NCBI RefSeq assembly: GCF_009914755.1
Contig: NC_060927.1
Origin: the human T2T-CHM13v2.0 reference genome, Homo sapiens
DNA length: 64,000 bases
Reading direction: 5' to 3' (one strand)
Under the pieces are notes generated by a model. The model searched no databases and had not been told where the DNA came from. It was given only the letters and a program-made list of their open reading frames with translations. A program made the translations under genes and the position numbers. Shown one piece after another: positions 41,859-63,583 of this stretch; position 1 is the stretch's first letter; each line of letters opens with the position of its first letter.

Positions 41859-42428
41859 CTGTAAGTATGAGAACACAGGCCTCTAGTACTGGGCACTAGA
41901 AGTCACCACTTTTTGGTAGCCAGGATGGAAATACAATGTCATTATAAATGCCAAGTAATCTACTAACAAGTCCCCTAAGGGTGACTCATAAGTCCTCTCA
42001 GAACTCAGTTGCTATTTATAAATCAAGTAATGTCCCCAGAGAGGATTACAGCTGTAGAGTCATTTTAGGGCCAATTTCCCATGCTAAGTTTTATTATGAC
42101 CATATTGTTTAAGTGCCAAAGCAATATAGGAAGAGACACTAAATGGAAAAGTTCTTACACTTTTTGGAATGCGTAAGGGATTTTATTACAAATGATGATC
42201 TTGAATTCTCCTGAAATATCTACAAAAACTGATAGCTATAGTTTCCTATGGTTTTAGAGAAAACAGAAGGCTAAAATGTCCCAACAAGTGCTCTCTGCTG
42301 GCTTTTCTATTTTAATACAGAACTATTATTGATCCAACTGCAAAGGCAACCCAGGCACTCATGGGTTGTTAGCCACTTAGATGCAGGAAGGACATTTAAA
42401 TAACTTAGTACCATATAGAAGTACTTAC

Positions 42429-42508
42429 ACTTTGCTCCAAGGTAGTTATATCCTGTTCTGCTTTTGAAAGCTTAAATTTGTATTCGCTAATTTGTCTATT
42501 GGCATCTC
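42429..42508 (-). CDS. LRRFIP2: LRRFIP2 exon (80 nt)
   Basis: Encodes (R)[26 protein letters not shown]; tag| and |gtaagt. Confidence 0.97.
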
Positions 42509-42625
42509 CTAGAACAGAAGAAGACAATGAATTATCTTCACCTGTCAGAGATGACAGTATGAGCCATCAGGCAGTACCTCTGTGGCACAGAGAGGACCAT
42601 GCAGTCTTAAGATTACAAAATACAG

Positions 42626-46035
<3,410 letters not shown>

Positions 46036-46132
46036 AAAAGTGTATTACAAGATACCAGCAACCTGCTGACAAACCCACCCCTGGGACACAGTCTATATAC
46101 AGACTGGGACTGGCCTGTCCCCTGGTACCTAC

Positions 46133-46253
46133 TCTGCATTTCGATGAACTGCAAGTCTGAGCCATTCTGCAGTCCTGCCAGGTCACCCACTGTGCCATCA
46201 TTCCTGGAGCATTTCTGTCGTTCCTCCTCTAACTGAAGCTTCAGTTTTCTAAT
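46133..46253 (-). CDS. LRRFIP2: LRRFIP2 exon (121 nt)
   Basis: Encodes [40 protein letters not shown] plus 1 nt; phase matches the neighbouring exons. Confidence 0.97.
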
Positions 46254-46571
46254 CTGAAATGAAAATAAAGGTTCATCAGCAAGATCCAATCTCTCAAATG
46301 AAGCCGATGCTTATTCTATGGTCACATCATAGAACAAAGCAGACCCTTATCGTATCAGCCACATTCATTCAAAACCTATTTTCTTGAGTGCCTAATAGGA
46401 GACACACATCGTCCTAGGTGCTAAAGATAAGCTACGAACAAACATCGAAAAGAGCAAGCCCCAGGACCAGGTGTCCCAGTAGAAAATAGCCATATTTTAA
46501 ATTTGTGTCTGCTTATGGAACAGTACATCTTTGGGGTATTTTTTGTTACTTTTATTTAAAATGGAAAATTC

Positions 46572-47997
<1,426 letters not shown>

Positions 47998-48258
47998 TAG
48001 GTGTCCTCTTGCTTTCCTTGCTGGTATTTTCCCTCCATCTTCCCTAAAAGTCCCAGGTCTTAATCTCGTCTCTTCAAATTATATACACTAACTACTTATC
48101 ATTGCCAAAATCCCATTCCTTCATCACCATTTATTAAATAGCTCCCAACTTGCACTCCCTCTAGACTATTCCTGTCTTAATTTTTGGCAATTTCAATGTA
48201 CATCTAAGTAGAGGATCTCCCTTACAAATGATCTCTCAATTTCTGGTATATCTCCTCT

Positions 48259-49100
<842 letters not shown>

Positions 49101-51084
49101 ACCTCCCTTCCAAGGATCTTGCTATCTATCCCTTCTTGCCCTCAGCTACTCACTCCCACAGTCATATACCAGATCTCATCATTAGACAATTGTAATCCCT
49201 ACACAATTTAGTTCCATGTATCCTCTCTCTAACCACTATTCCTCATCTTTCCAGGTCATTCTCTCTAGACCCGAATTCCAACAACCCTTCAACCACACTG
49301 GTACCACTAATCTACAGATTACATCTTCTTTCTACTATACCTTGATGTGTTCCTGAATATCTCCCGAATCCTCTTCATCCAGTTTAATTTCAAGGTCCAT
49401 CATTATAATCATTTTCTTACATACTCCCTCACCTCTCCTGCCCCATTAATACTGTCCTAGTAAAATCTAGCTCTCTACCCACTCCATGCCTGCCCCTATG
49501 CTGCTGTAAGTAGCCAGAGAAACACATATAATAAATGCATTCACACAAACCTTCTAACATATCATATAATATTGTCTGATGTCTTCCTACTAGAATGCCT
49601 CTCAGGCAGGAATTTTTTTTTTCTAAACTAATTTATTCACTGAAATATCCCAGTGCCTAGAATAGTGCATGTTAAATAGTAGAATCTCACTCAACATTTG
49701 TTGAATGACTGAATAGGAGTTCCAAAATAGAGAACACAGCATATGGGAGGGGAAAAAAATCAGTAACAAAATCATTCAAGAAATTTTCCCAGAACTAAAG
49801 GATGGGAGCTCCTAGAATTGACAGGGGCCCAGCATCACACATGAAAACTTCAAATCACATGACTATCTTCAAATTACACCAGAATGCTAGAGAGAAAGAG
49901 AATAGGATACAAGCTTCCACAAAGAGGAGAAAAATAGATCACAAATCAGAAAAGATCAGAACTCAAAATGTTCATGAAAACTCAACAGCCATGCTCGAAG
50001 TCACAGCACAATGAAGAAATGTCCTTTTAAAAAATCTTAAGGAGAACCATGGCAACTCAGGATTCTCTACCCAGCCAAACTATTTTAATCAAGTGAGAGG
50101 GTAGAATGAAGACATCTTCAGGCCTGCAAGGTCATGAAAAATTAACAATCCACAAACCCTCTTCTCAGGAAGCTACTGGAAGATGTACCAAAATAAGAGA
50201 ATAAATAAGGAGAAAGGCATGAGACACCGGAAAAAGGGAACCCAACCTAAATCACATGCAAAGAAAATCTCCAGATGCCAATGAAGGGTGACCACATCTA
50301 TGTACCGAGAGGGCAAGTCACTAGTTTAGAAAGGGACAAGTCAGATGCACCAAGATTCAACAAACTGGAACTGAAATAACACCAGATGCATCTGAAAATA
50401 CTGAGTGGGATTAATCTACTCTTGGAGATTCTGTGGCTAAATTGATGATAGAAAACCAAGCAAATACAAAGAAAAACCATAACATTAACTTTAGAGGAAA
50501 CTAATAGTTCTGAGGGAGATGATCCTAGAATGCAACCTGGCTCCACTGTGTGAGTAGTGTTTAGAGGGTCCTAATGACACAAGCAGGCTGGAATTACACT
50601 GTTCCTTTATTAGGAGGATATAAGAGTGGAAAATAAGTATGTGTGTGGCAGGGACAAAGGATGAAAAACAGCTAAATCCTCATCTTCCATAAAAGGATGT
50701 CAATATAGAATGCCTGAAGCAGAACAATCAAGATGCAACATAAGTATGTTATACAGAGATACAAGGACAGTACACAAGAATCAGCTAAAAGTATTTAACA
50801 GAAATGGTCAGGGGCGAGGTCAGAGGAGCCAGGGCAGGGGACTGCTGTGTTCATAACAAGCTTTGTAAAAAACTATATGACTCCTTAAACTATGTGTCCT
50901 TAAAAAAATGTTTTAAGAACAGAAAATAACAAAGAGGTAAAATATGAATTATCTATCCTTCATATCTCACTTGAGTACTGATGTTTGAAAGAAGCATATT
51001 TTTTTAATGAACATTTCAATTAGCCAGTATTTTACCATGTAACTTTGTTAAAATTATATTACACTCCAATAAGAATGCCTTTAC

Positions 51085-51134
51085 CTGTGACAGTAGTTCT
51101 TCCTTCTCTCCAGCAAGTTTTCGTAGCCTTACAT
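51085..51134 (-). CDS. LRRFIP2: LRRFIP2 exon (50 nt)
   Basis: Encodes (D)VRLRKLAGEKEELLSQ; tag| and |gtaaag. Confidence 0.95.
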
Positions 51135-51651
51135 CTAAAACAAATGAAAAAGATCATAAACTAAATATGTGATGATATAGTACATAAACAATTAAAAATT
51201 TTTCAAACTCATAAACAGCTAATATTATCTGATAAATTACATTACTTACAGCTCTGAATATCTAAAGAAATAAAGGTGTTAATAGCATTACAGAAAAGTT
51301 CTTAACTATCTAAAAAGTATTTCCACACAACTGATATTTATCAGGGCACCAAATCCAACATTTGTTCCCCACAGCAGTGATTTGCCACTTAAAGACAAAC
51401 AGAAGTACAAAGGAGGTCATTTCCTTGTTTCAAGCTTTCACTAGTAGACAGACAACTCAAATGTCAAGTGTGTTCCTAAAGGCTGAGCCCTTAGCGGGAG
51501 AGATCCAAATATGTGAAAGAAGATGGGGTAAGAGCAGGACTGGGCAAAGGAAGCTAGAGAAGAGAAAAGAGAGGAGCATAATGCTGGAAGAAGCAAAGTC
51601 CCCAAAAGCTAGTAGGGAGGGAAGGGGACCCACTCCAAGATGTGGGCAGCC

Positions 51652-51948
51652 AGGCCAGGTGTGGTGGCTCACGCCTGTAATCCCAGCACTTTGGGAGGCC
51701 TAGGTGGGTGGATCACTTGAGGTCAGGAGTTCAAGACCAGCCTGGCCAAAATGGTGAAACCACGTCTCTACTAAACAAATACAAAAATTAACCAAGCGTG
51801 GTGGCAGGCGCCTGTAATCCCAGCTACTCGGGAAGCCGTCTGAACCTGGGAGATAGAGGTTGTATGTTGCAGTGAACTGAGATCGCGCCACTACAATCCT
51901 GCCTGGGCGACCGAGTGAGACTTCGTCTCAAAAAAAAAAAAAAAAAAG
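51652..51948 (+). mobile_element. Alu, flanked by aagatgtgggca
   Basis: Alu consensus, A-tail and TSD-like repeat. Confidence 0.9.
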
Positions 51949-53152
51949 ATGTGGGCATCCATGGGTAGATCTGCGGCTTGGTGGCAGCACCATTAGGGCT
52001 CACTCCTAGCCTGTGGAGGTTTGACTCTTCCCAAGCCTGCATTAAAATAGGCCCCTTCAGCTGAGGAGATACCATGGTTCACTTAAAAAAGCAGCTGATA
52101 CCTCGCCAACCACTACCCTCTGTAAACAGGGTCATAGCCAAATAAAGATTTTGGTTTCTTCTGCACCTTCCAAGCAGATCTGCCTGCTTGGACCTGCAGA
52201 CGAGGGAAAAAACAGCAGGGAAACACTCTGGGCTGCCTATAGCCAGACTCTCGTTCCATTCTCCAGATCTCTCTTGCTCACCCAGCATCCTGTTTTATTC
52301 AAAGTGCCCTACAATCACATTTCTGGAATGCACATTAGAGAATGTGCTTACTAACTTTCAAAATGTTTTTCAGTTTGCTTCACACTTGTATCTCTCACTC
52401 CTCTAAGAAGCTTACACATATATGAAAACAAGATGAAAAACAAAAAAATTGTTTTTTTTTAAAATAAAAGTGAGCTAATGATACAGTATCTATCTGTGCC
52501 ATTTTTCTTCCTCTAGAGTAGATTTCTTTGTGGGGTCAATGGATGGGTGACTTTGATTTCTCAGACAGAGGTGTCAGCAACTTTGTGGTTTCCTGGAGAG
52601 AGGTGTCAGATTCTCAAAGGGTTAAATTTAAGAGGTTTAGACTTTAAGAGTCTGGGAAGCCCTGCTCTGGAAGTCATACTTCTCTGATATCTTTTTGGTC
52701 ATCTGTTTCTTGGCTTAAGAAATGTGGTGGAAAAGAGGTACAGAACCCTGGGGTAAGCAGTGGAACATAAAACCAGATGTTCCAAGGATGAGAAACTTAT
52801 AACACACTTGAGAAGTCTCCTGCTAGCCTACTGCTCCCCTAGCACAGGTATACTAGACTATCTCTTTGCAGAACAGTTTGTAGTTAAGTAAAAACCGATG
52901 TGTATAGGCCCATAGTACTTCCATCCACAGGCCTTACAGTTACACTTATTGCCTTACAGTGACCCAGATGCTGATTTCCCAAGGTCAAGGATGTCTGAAG
53001 ACAATGTGCCAATGTGCCCAGATTCTTCTAGTTAAGGATCTACTTGAGTCTCAGCCCTTATGCTGTTTTTGTTTTCCAAGCTGGGATATGAAAAAGCAGA
53101 AAACCCAATAGGGTAACATTAATCCAAGTCAACATAGCAACCAGTATCTTAC

Positions 53153-53285
53153 CTAATGGCCCTTCTCCTGCTGACTCCAAGACCTGAGCAGCTTCCTGAG
53201 ACACAACAGTGATGGCTCCAGCCACTGGTTCATGACTGACATCACCATTGGGAGTGCCATCGGGGATTATAACTAAGCCATGTTT
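53153..53285 (-). CDS. LRRFIP2: LRRFIP2 exon (133 nt)
   Basis: Encodes [44 protein letters not shown] plus 1 nt. Confidence 0.97.
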
Positions 53286-53566
53286 CTGCAGGGGGGAAAA
53301 ACCCACCATCACAAAAGGCCCGTATGGAAGCTGTAAGCTCTGTGAGGTCACTCTGCAACAATACATGTTTGCTACAGGTAAAACCTGGTTAGAATCAGTT
53401 ACATGAAATATAGCTCTGTGTAAGAAATAGCTTCAACCTACCAAATCTGGATTAGAGAATAAACACTGTAGTTTGTATTTAGGCTAGGAAAGATGGCAGG
53501 ATGAAAGGAAGGAAGATAGAGAGTAAAACAGTGAGGGACCTGAATTCCAGGCTAATGCTAACATAC

Positions 53567-53668
53567 CTCTCCCGTCTTCACTGTCTCCTGCAGGTCAGCC
53601 AGCTCCTCTCTGAGCATATCTCGCTCATTCCTAAGGCAGGCAATGTATTCTTTCTGTTTCTCTAGGGC
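53567..53668 (-). CDS. LRRFIP2: LRRFIP2 symmetric exon (102 nt)
   Basis: Encodes ALEKQKEYIACLRNERDMLREELADLQETVKTGE; cag| and |gtatgt. Confidence 0.93.
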
Positions 53669-56419
53669 CTGGTTTTAGGTAAGGTAGCAAGGGAAACAAT
53701 GGCACAGAAAAAGAGCAGGTGAAAGGTAGCAGAGAAGTACCTAATTCAAATAAGCAAAGATAAAGGCATAAAAAGCAAGAAAGCAGTCAAAAGATTGGAA
53801 ACAAACAGTCAGATATGGGAGGAAATACAGAGTTACATGGATATACATCTCCAGAAGAGACTTCTCATAGAAACTGGTTCTCATGCATCAATTTGGCAAA
53901 ACATGTTTAATCACATCAAGCAGGGAAATAAATCTTTTCCAGTCAATGAAAAAAATAAAACAGGAAAAGGAAGATAAAGAGAGAAGCCAGAGTAAAATAA
54001 AGCTTTCCTTACTGACTGCCTAAGTGCATTTTTATTTGGTGAACAAAAAAAACCCCACATTTCATGTTTAACTAAACTAGTTTATTCAAGAATACAGTTG
54101 ATTTTTTAAAAAATAGTTCTGGAATAAAAATAACTATTATACATAGGTATTTTAATTTAATATTGGCTGTAGATTTTTCTCCAAGTAGTGTGGCAAAATA
54201 CTCAAATACCACTTAATTCAAAATAGTTAACCTCCAAAAGGATTCAAAGATCAACTTCTGACAACTTAATTAAATATAACTGAGACTCATTTGGCTTTCT
54301 GTTATACTCCCAAAATGTGAAAAACAAAAATAAACACTGACAAAATAAATACAGCCAAGCTATGAAGAGTTACAGAATATGGATTTCAGAATCAGGCTTT
54401 TGGGTTCTGGCACATACTTGTCCTATGCCTCAGTTTCCTCACTGGAAAAACAGAAGGGATAATAGCACCCATCCCAAGGGCAGAGGCATAAATCAAGGTA
54501 AAGCATTGCCTGTAATGCCTAGATAGCAGGGACAGTTCAGGAGAATCAGGTTGGTGATTTCATTTGTAAATTCCCTGCCATTTCCTTAATCTCACAACTG
54601 TCAGCTGAGGACAATGCAGAAGCAGGAACATACTTTGGTCATCAATGAAAAATAAAATCTACTATGAAAAAATAAAATCTATTGTAAAAGAAAATAACCC
54701 AGAATTAAAAATACACCCAAGGTAAGTAGTCTATGCAGGAATCTGATTACTGGCCTATTTGAAAAAGCCTTTCCCCAAATATTTTTGTTCATATATTTAA
54801 TGTCTTCTGTTAGCATTCCCATTAATCCAAGAAGTTAAACTATATCAGGTAACTTTCCTCTCAGTTCACTGGGTTTGGAAGTGGGACAGCGAATTGCTGA
54901 GAAATTGATAGCTGAATAGCTGGGCAATTCAAAAAATCATTATAATCCTGTTTTGCAACCAAATAGGGAGCAAGTAAATAAGGGATGATAGCAACTACGA
55001 TTTGTATAGCACAAATTATATGGCAGGCACTATTTTATATAATTTCTCTCTTATACATTATTTTACATTTGAAACCTCTACATATCCTGTGAGGTACTTG
55101 TATTATCCCCATTTAACAGATCAGAAAATTGAGGCTCACAGTGGTTATATTTTTTCGCCCAAAGTCACAGTAAGTGGCAAAACCAGAAAATGAATCTGGT
55201 TGTTTTTGTTTCCAAAGCCCTTAAATAGTTTTTTAAATATCACAGCTCTATGAAGGCCACATTATATTCCCTTATTGTTAGCCCAGATGATGCTAGGAAA
55301 GGAGTCCATACGGCAAATCCTACTCTTTACTTATCCAAACTGCAATGTCAATATCTGACTTCTTTTCAACAATTTACATTCACACTATATGATGTGTCTC
55401 AAGTCTGCCTGTGAATTAACAATGTGCATTTCTAGCACCATCTAGCTAGTGTTAACACTCCATTATGTTAATAATTAATAATAACTGAAACATTGGGAAA
55501 ACAAAGCACAACAATACTTTCCCATGTGTTGAGTGTCACTTTATGGATTAGGTATTTTTGGTTACTGGTATCTGCATGCATAGTTATGTCATGTATCACC
55601 ACATATAAGTGGGTAAATGATCACTGTCACAACATGCTCTACATAAACAACAACACTGAATAAAAAAGACCTCTGAGGAACAGGCCAATTTGAAACTAGG
55701 AATTCTAGCAAATGATATACATGACATTTGCTCTTCTTCCACATCGTATTGCACTGGGTTTTATTTTTACCTTCGGACTTTTTAATTTCCTCTTCCCATA
55801 ATTACAGATGAGAAAATAAAATACATCCTGTAAATTCACCCACTTCACCACAAAGTTTGAAGACTACTAAAATACCTTATAATTGGATCAAATGTATTCA
55901 AGCTGGATCTAAAACCCTCTGTATTACCTGACCATATAACCACTACCCTTGTGTTTGTGTGCAACAATAGCTCCTACAGTAGATTTTTTTTAGGGTAAAA
56001 AGTACACGCTTGTAGAGTTCAAAATAACTCTTTATCCCTGACCTAACCTCAAATCCTACCACCCGGAAGCCAAAAGGATGTGTATAATGGGCTGAACTTT
56101 TGGGCAAGGGGTTAATTCTCCACATAATTGTACTGGGGAACAAATATCTTTGGTCAGAATGGAAGTGAGTTTATGCTGGGCTATAGAGATACGCAAGTTC
56201 TTCATACGCACCTATTCTATACATGGGCTCCTGGTGTTTAGAACCGCAGTGGAGCTAGAGGCAAGACCACTAATGAACTGAACTTTAACCTGGGAATAAT
56301 GGACATATTTCTTCATTAAGTTACTAAATGTAAATCTTAAAAATGAAGCTAGAGACAAGTAGTTACTGACCATACTGAAAATGTGTCTTAAAAGTCAAGG
56401 GAGGACCACTGCCCTTGTA

Positions 56420-57090
56420 TTATAATGATAACAAATGTTGGCAAGGACATGGAGAAATTGGAACCCTTGTTCACTAGTGGTGGGAATGTAAAATGGTACA
56501 TCTGCTACAGAACACAGTATAACTGTTACTCAAAAAAATTAAACACAGAATTACCATATGATCCAGCAATTCCACTTCTGGGTACATACCGAAAACAACT
56601 GAAGGCAGAGTCTTGAAGAGTTATTTGAATACCCATGTTCACAGCAGCATTATTCACAATGGCCAAAAGGTAGATGTGTTGATATATCAACAGAAGAATG
56701 TGGTATATACATACAATGGAATATGATTCAGCCTTAAAAGGGATGGACATTCTGACATATGCTGCAAAATGAACCTTGAGGGCATAATGCCAAGTGAAAT
56801 AAATCAGATACTGTATGATTCCACTTACATGAAGTACCTAGAGCAGTCAAATTCACAGAGACAGAAGGTGGAATGGTAGTTGCCATTCCACCAGGGGTTT
56901 GGGAGAAGGGACTGAATGGGGAGTTGTTTAATGGGTACAGATTTCAGCTGGGGAAGACTAAAAAGTTCTATGGTGGTGACAGTAGCACAACAACATGAAT
57001 GTACTCAATGCCACTGAACTGTACACTTAAAAATAGTTAAAATGGTAAATTTTATGTTATTTGTACTTTAGCACAATTTTTCAAATTAAA
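56420..57090 (+). mobile_element. L1MB-like 3' fragment
   Basis: ORF-track remnant 'VGKDMEKLEPL...ELPYDPAIPLLG' matches the L1 ORF2 C-terminus, followed by an L1M 3'UTR. Confidence 0.88.
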
Positions 57091-57280
57091 AAAGAGTCAA
57101 CTCGTGATTCAATAACTTGGAAGAATCTTGAGGGACTTATACAGAGTGAAAAGGGATAATTCCAAAAGGTTAACATATACTATATAATTCCATTTTTATA
57201 ACATTCTTAAAAGAGCAAAACTACACAAATGAAGAAAAGATTAGTGGTTCTTAGGGCTTGGGAGGGGAAGGGGAGATTAA

Positions 57281-59909
<2,629 letters not shown>

Positions 59910-60132
59910 CTACTTATACATTTTACAAGCCTAGTGTTTGCTGAAAAGAAGAGTTCTTCCAGGCACAACGTCAGGTTTTCCTATGGAAGTCTCTGTCTCC
60001 TACTGACTCATTTTTCATACTGTGTAAATGCTCAAGAAGAATCAAAAGGACAGGTTTTTTCAATCTCTAGGTTAAATTCTACTGTAGTCCTCATCAATGA
60101 GCTTCTAACCAAAGCCCAATTTCATTTCATAC

Positions 60133-60225
60133 CCCAATTTTTTTATCTTTCCAAAGAAGTGTCTCCTGGAGGTCAAACACCTCTTTTGTCATGGTGTCTA
60201 TTTTCTGCTGCATGCGCTGCTTCTC
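60133..60225 (-). CDS. LRRFIP2: LRRFIP2 symmetric exon (93 nt)
   Basis: Encodes EKQRMQQKIDTMTKEVFDLQETLLWKDKKIG; cag| and |gtatga. Confidence 0.93.
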
Positions 60226-62366
60226 CTGCAGAGGAAGAGGGGAAGAGAAGTAATAAAAGAGCAGAAAGAAAAGGGAGAGGAGGTTTGAGGGAGGAAACAA
60301 AAATAAAGCCGATAAAGAAACTTAACCAAAAGGGAAAGTCTGTGATGAACAGGAAAAGCAAAATTGGTCTGCCAAAAGAAAAGATGACATTCACAGTCTT
60401 GGCCACAAGATTCTTATTGGCTTGCCCCTACAAAAGTAAGCAAAGGAACCAGGAATAATTGTTCCAACCACAGCTACGTGGCAGCAAGCCAGCTAGAATT
60501 TCTGTGTACATACAGCTCCATATGTATATTCTTTCTTTGATAACTGCCTTTTTACCAAACAAGAACTTACATTCCTAGAGAGGGAAATTTAGGTTTGCTT
60601 ATGAACAAATGATCTTTCATCTTAGAGAACAAGCAGTTTTGAATTTTATTTTTTAAGCAGAACTGATCATTTTGAATTTCTGTTAGCAAAATCTATGACA
60701 GCAAGAACACCATGAATTTTGTATTATTTTAAAATTATATTATTTTGAAACATTTAAATTTAGCATTTAACAATCCTTAAATGACCTTTCTAATTAGGCA
60801 ATGGTGCTTAACAGGTTTTCTTCTTATGCATTATTGGTAAATTATTATGTCCTCCTTTCCCTACTCATACATTAGGTACTTTACCATGGAATTTTCAATT
60901 CCAAAGACCAAAAAACATTATTTGTAATATTTAAAGTTTTTCAGCATAACCATAGATACTAACATCTAAAAGATGTTCATTCTAGATGTAAAAAACATCT
61001 AAAACTATAGTTCTCAAAGTTTGTATACCTAGCACCCTAAGCTTTTAAAGAAGCCACAGTGATGAACTATAGAAATCAAGCATTATATTCTTCTTAAATG
61101 CAATTACAATTAATTACTAGAACACTTTACCAGTCCTAACTTAAGCTATTGAATTTGAGAAGCAGCCCCCAAAGCAGGTTTATTATTTTATGTGGTTGGC
61201 ATTTTGGCACAAAAAGATAAAAGAACAAAAAGGGAAAGAATTTCACATTATTTTAAAATACCAGCAGGATACAGATTCTGGAAAATATGCTTCCTACCTT
61301 ATATGGAGAAAAACCAAGAAAATTAACTTCACATGTAATCTGATAGATCCAAAAGGTTATCTGTATCTGCACTTGAAATCCACAAATTCTGAGTATGTTC
61401 AATTATTCTTAATGATGACAAAAATTAACACGTCTTCAAATTTAAAGTCATTTCTTTTTCTCTATTAAATGGTTTTTAAAAATCATTTGTAGAGAGACAT
61501 ATTAAGAGGTAGGTCCGAGGGGAAAGAGAGAAAGAGGGAGAGAAAAAGAAAGGCTAAGGTCTGAGTAGCCAGGAATGTGGACAAGTGTGGTTGTGAGATC
61601 TCTCTCCTGGGATCATTAACAATCTATGCTTCCTGACATCTCTGGCGTGTCAACACTAACTTAACATTAGATGCCTTTGATAGCCACACCTAGATAGTGG
61701 GCAGGATCCCCCTTCAAACTTATTTCCATATTTATCTAAAAACATCGTCTCAGGAGGGAAAACCACATTTAAAGAAAAAAGATGCATGCAATGTAGCAGG
61801 CCTGCAAGGATGACTAATGTTTTCAAAGAGTTCTTGGTAGACTATGCTTCATTCCATTCCTAAGATGTTGCCAGCAATGTGGCAGAGTCCCTTCGCTTGC
61901 AGAAACCTGAACCTTCAGACTAACCATTCTTTACCTTTTTGTACAGAACGTATCTTGATGTTTCTTCTTTTTTCATTTAGCCACCTGAGAAATGTATTTA
62001 CCTGAGTGAAAATCAAACTTATTCCCCAAGAATCATGTCCCAAAAGATGGCATTCACTAATTCCAAAGAATAATGTTATTCTATAATTTTTCCTTTTGCC
62101 CATTTCCTAAGATATCTGTAGGAAACAGTGTGCTTAGGAATAAAAGACACAAAAATTTCTGCTACCAAAGTGGGGTAATGTTTATAGGATTTATAGTATT
62201 AATTTTTAAGCATAATCTGGTTTATGTTTGAAAATTTGTAGTGTACAGTCAAATATAAAGAGACAAACTCTGATGCATCTTAACTCTCCTTCCCTCCCAA
62301 CACATCCTCATCCCATTCAACTCATTTTTTTTCAAAATTAAGTATTCCCACAGTTCATGTACATAC

Positions 62367-62459
62367 CTCAATAAGCTCATCTCTTTGCCGCAGGCCTTCT
62401 TTAAGTTCTTCCATCTTATGCTGCAGCACACTACACATATGTTTCTGCCTTTCTAACTC
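62367..62459 (-). CDS. LRRFIP2: LRRFIP2 symmetric exon (93 nt)
   Basis: Encodes [31 protein letters not shown]; cag| and |gtatgt. Confidence 0.95.
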
Positions 62460-62639
62460 CTGTTATTAAACAAATAATATCATTTACACAGGTCATGGCA
62501 CACAAGAAATTTGAACATACACAATACAACACAGAGGTTAAGTATGACCTCCAGAAACATGCCCAAACTCCTGATTCATAGTAACTTAGAAAAATTGTGT
62601 ATTCTATAGAAAAGTTAAGAAAATTTTAAAATTCCATCT

Positions 62640-63580
62640 TGTATAATTATCAGGAAAACCTGAACTAATCAATGGCAAAATTATTAAAAACAAAAGATAA
62701 TTTAGTAAAGTAACAGGTTATAAAATGAACATATACAATTCAATGACATTCATATACAAATAAAATTCAAAGAAGGAATAATAAATGCAATATCAAAATA
62801 AAATCAATATTAAATAAAAAACATACATGTAAACTTACAAAATATATCAAAAACCTATATGAGGAAAATTATATAAAGCATTCCCAAAAGACAGAGAAAT
62901 AGGATTGAATAAATGGAAAGGCATACCGTCTTCTTGGATTAAAAGTCTCACAACATTATAAAAATGCCAGTTCTCCCTAAATTAATCTATACATTTAATG
63001 TAGTACAAATAAAAATACCATCAGGTTTTTCTTTTATCATCATCAGAGCAAGTTGATTTGAAAGAAAAACACAAGAAAAAGTAGCCAGAAAAATACATAC
63101 TGAAAAAGAAGAAAGCCGGCCTTATTAGGTATTAAAACATATTATAAAGCTTCTATAATTAAAACAATGTTGTTATGGCACATGAATATAGACCAAGGGA
63201 GCAGAATAGAGAATTCAGGAAAAACCCACTTAAATATACAAATATATTTAAAAACAATAAAAATAAGAGCATCTCAAATCAATGAGAAGGAAAGACTTTT
63301 AAATTAGTAATGTTGGGATAACTGGATATCCATTTGGAAAAAGATAAAATTGGAACTATACCTCATACCACACACCAGGACAAATTCCAAATCAATCAGA
63401 GATTTACATAAGGAAAGAAAGCCAGGGAGTGAATGGGGGAAGAGGGAAGGGAAGGGAGAACAAACTGTACAGGAATAAAAGTAACCAAGGAGTGGGGCAA
63501 TCTTTACTGAAAAAATGACTCAAAAATCCACAAGCAATGAGGTAATGGTACAATAAATTAGACTACATAAAAATAAAAAT
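62640..63580 (+). mobile_element. Old L1M ORF2 fragment
   Basis: A-rich; 'aataaatggaaaggcatacc..ttcttggatt', 'tgttgggataactggatatccatttggaaaaa'. Confidence 0.75.
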
Positions 63581-63583
63581 TTT

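Noticed and set aside
46125-46132. Tandem donor GTAGGTAC after the 121-nt LRRFIP2 exon
   Set aside because: Only the first GT keeps the frame with the next exon. The second is a weak match, and GTNNGT is common.
54644-54682. Short tandem duplication (atgaaaaataaaatcta x2)
   Set aside because: AT-rich slippage product with no functional cue.
59934-60458. 174-aa plus-strand Lys/Arg-rich ORF
   Set aside because: Arises from the purine-rich complement of the LRRFIP2 pyrimidine tract and exon; non-ATG start.
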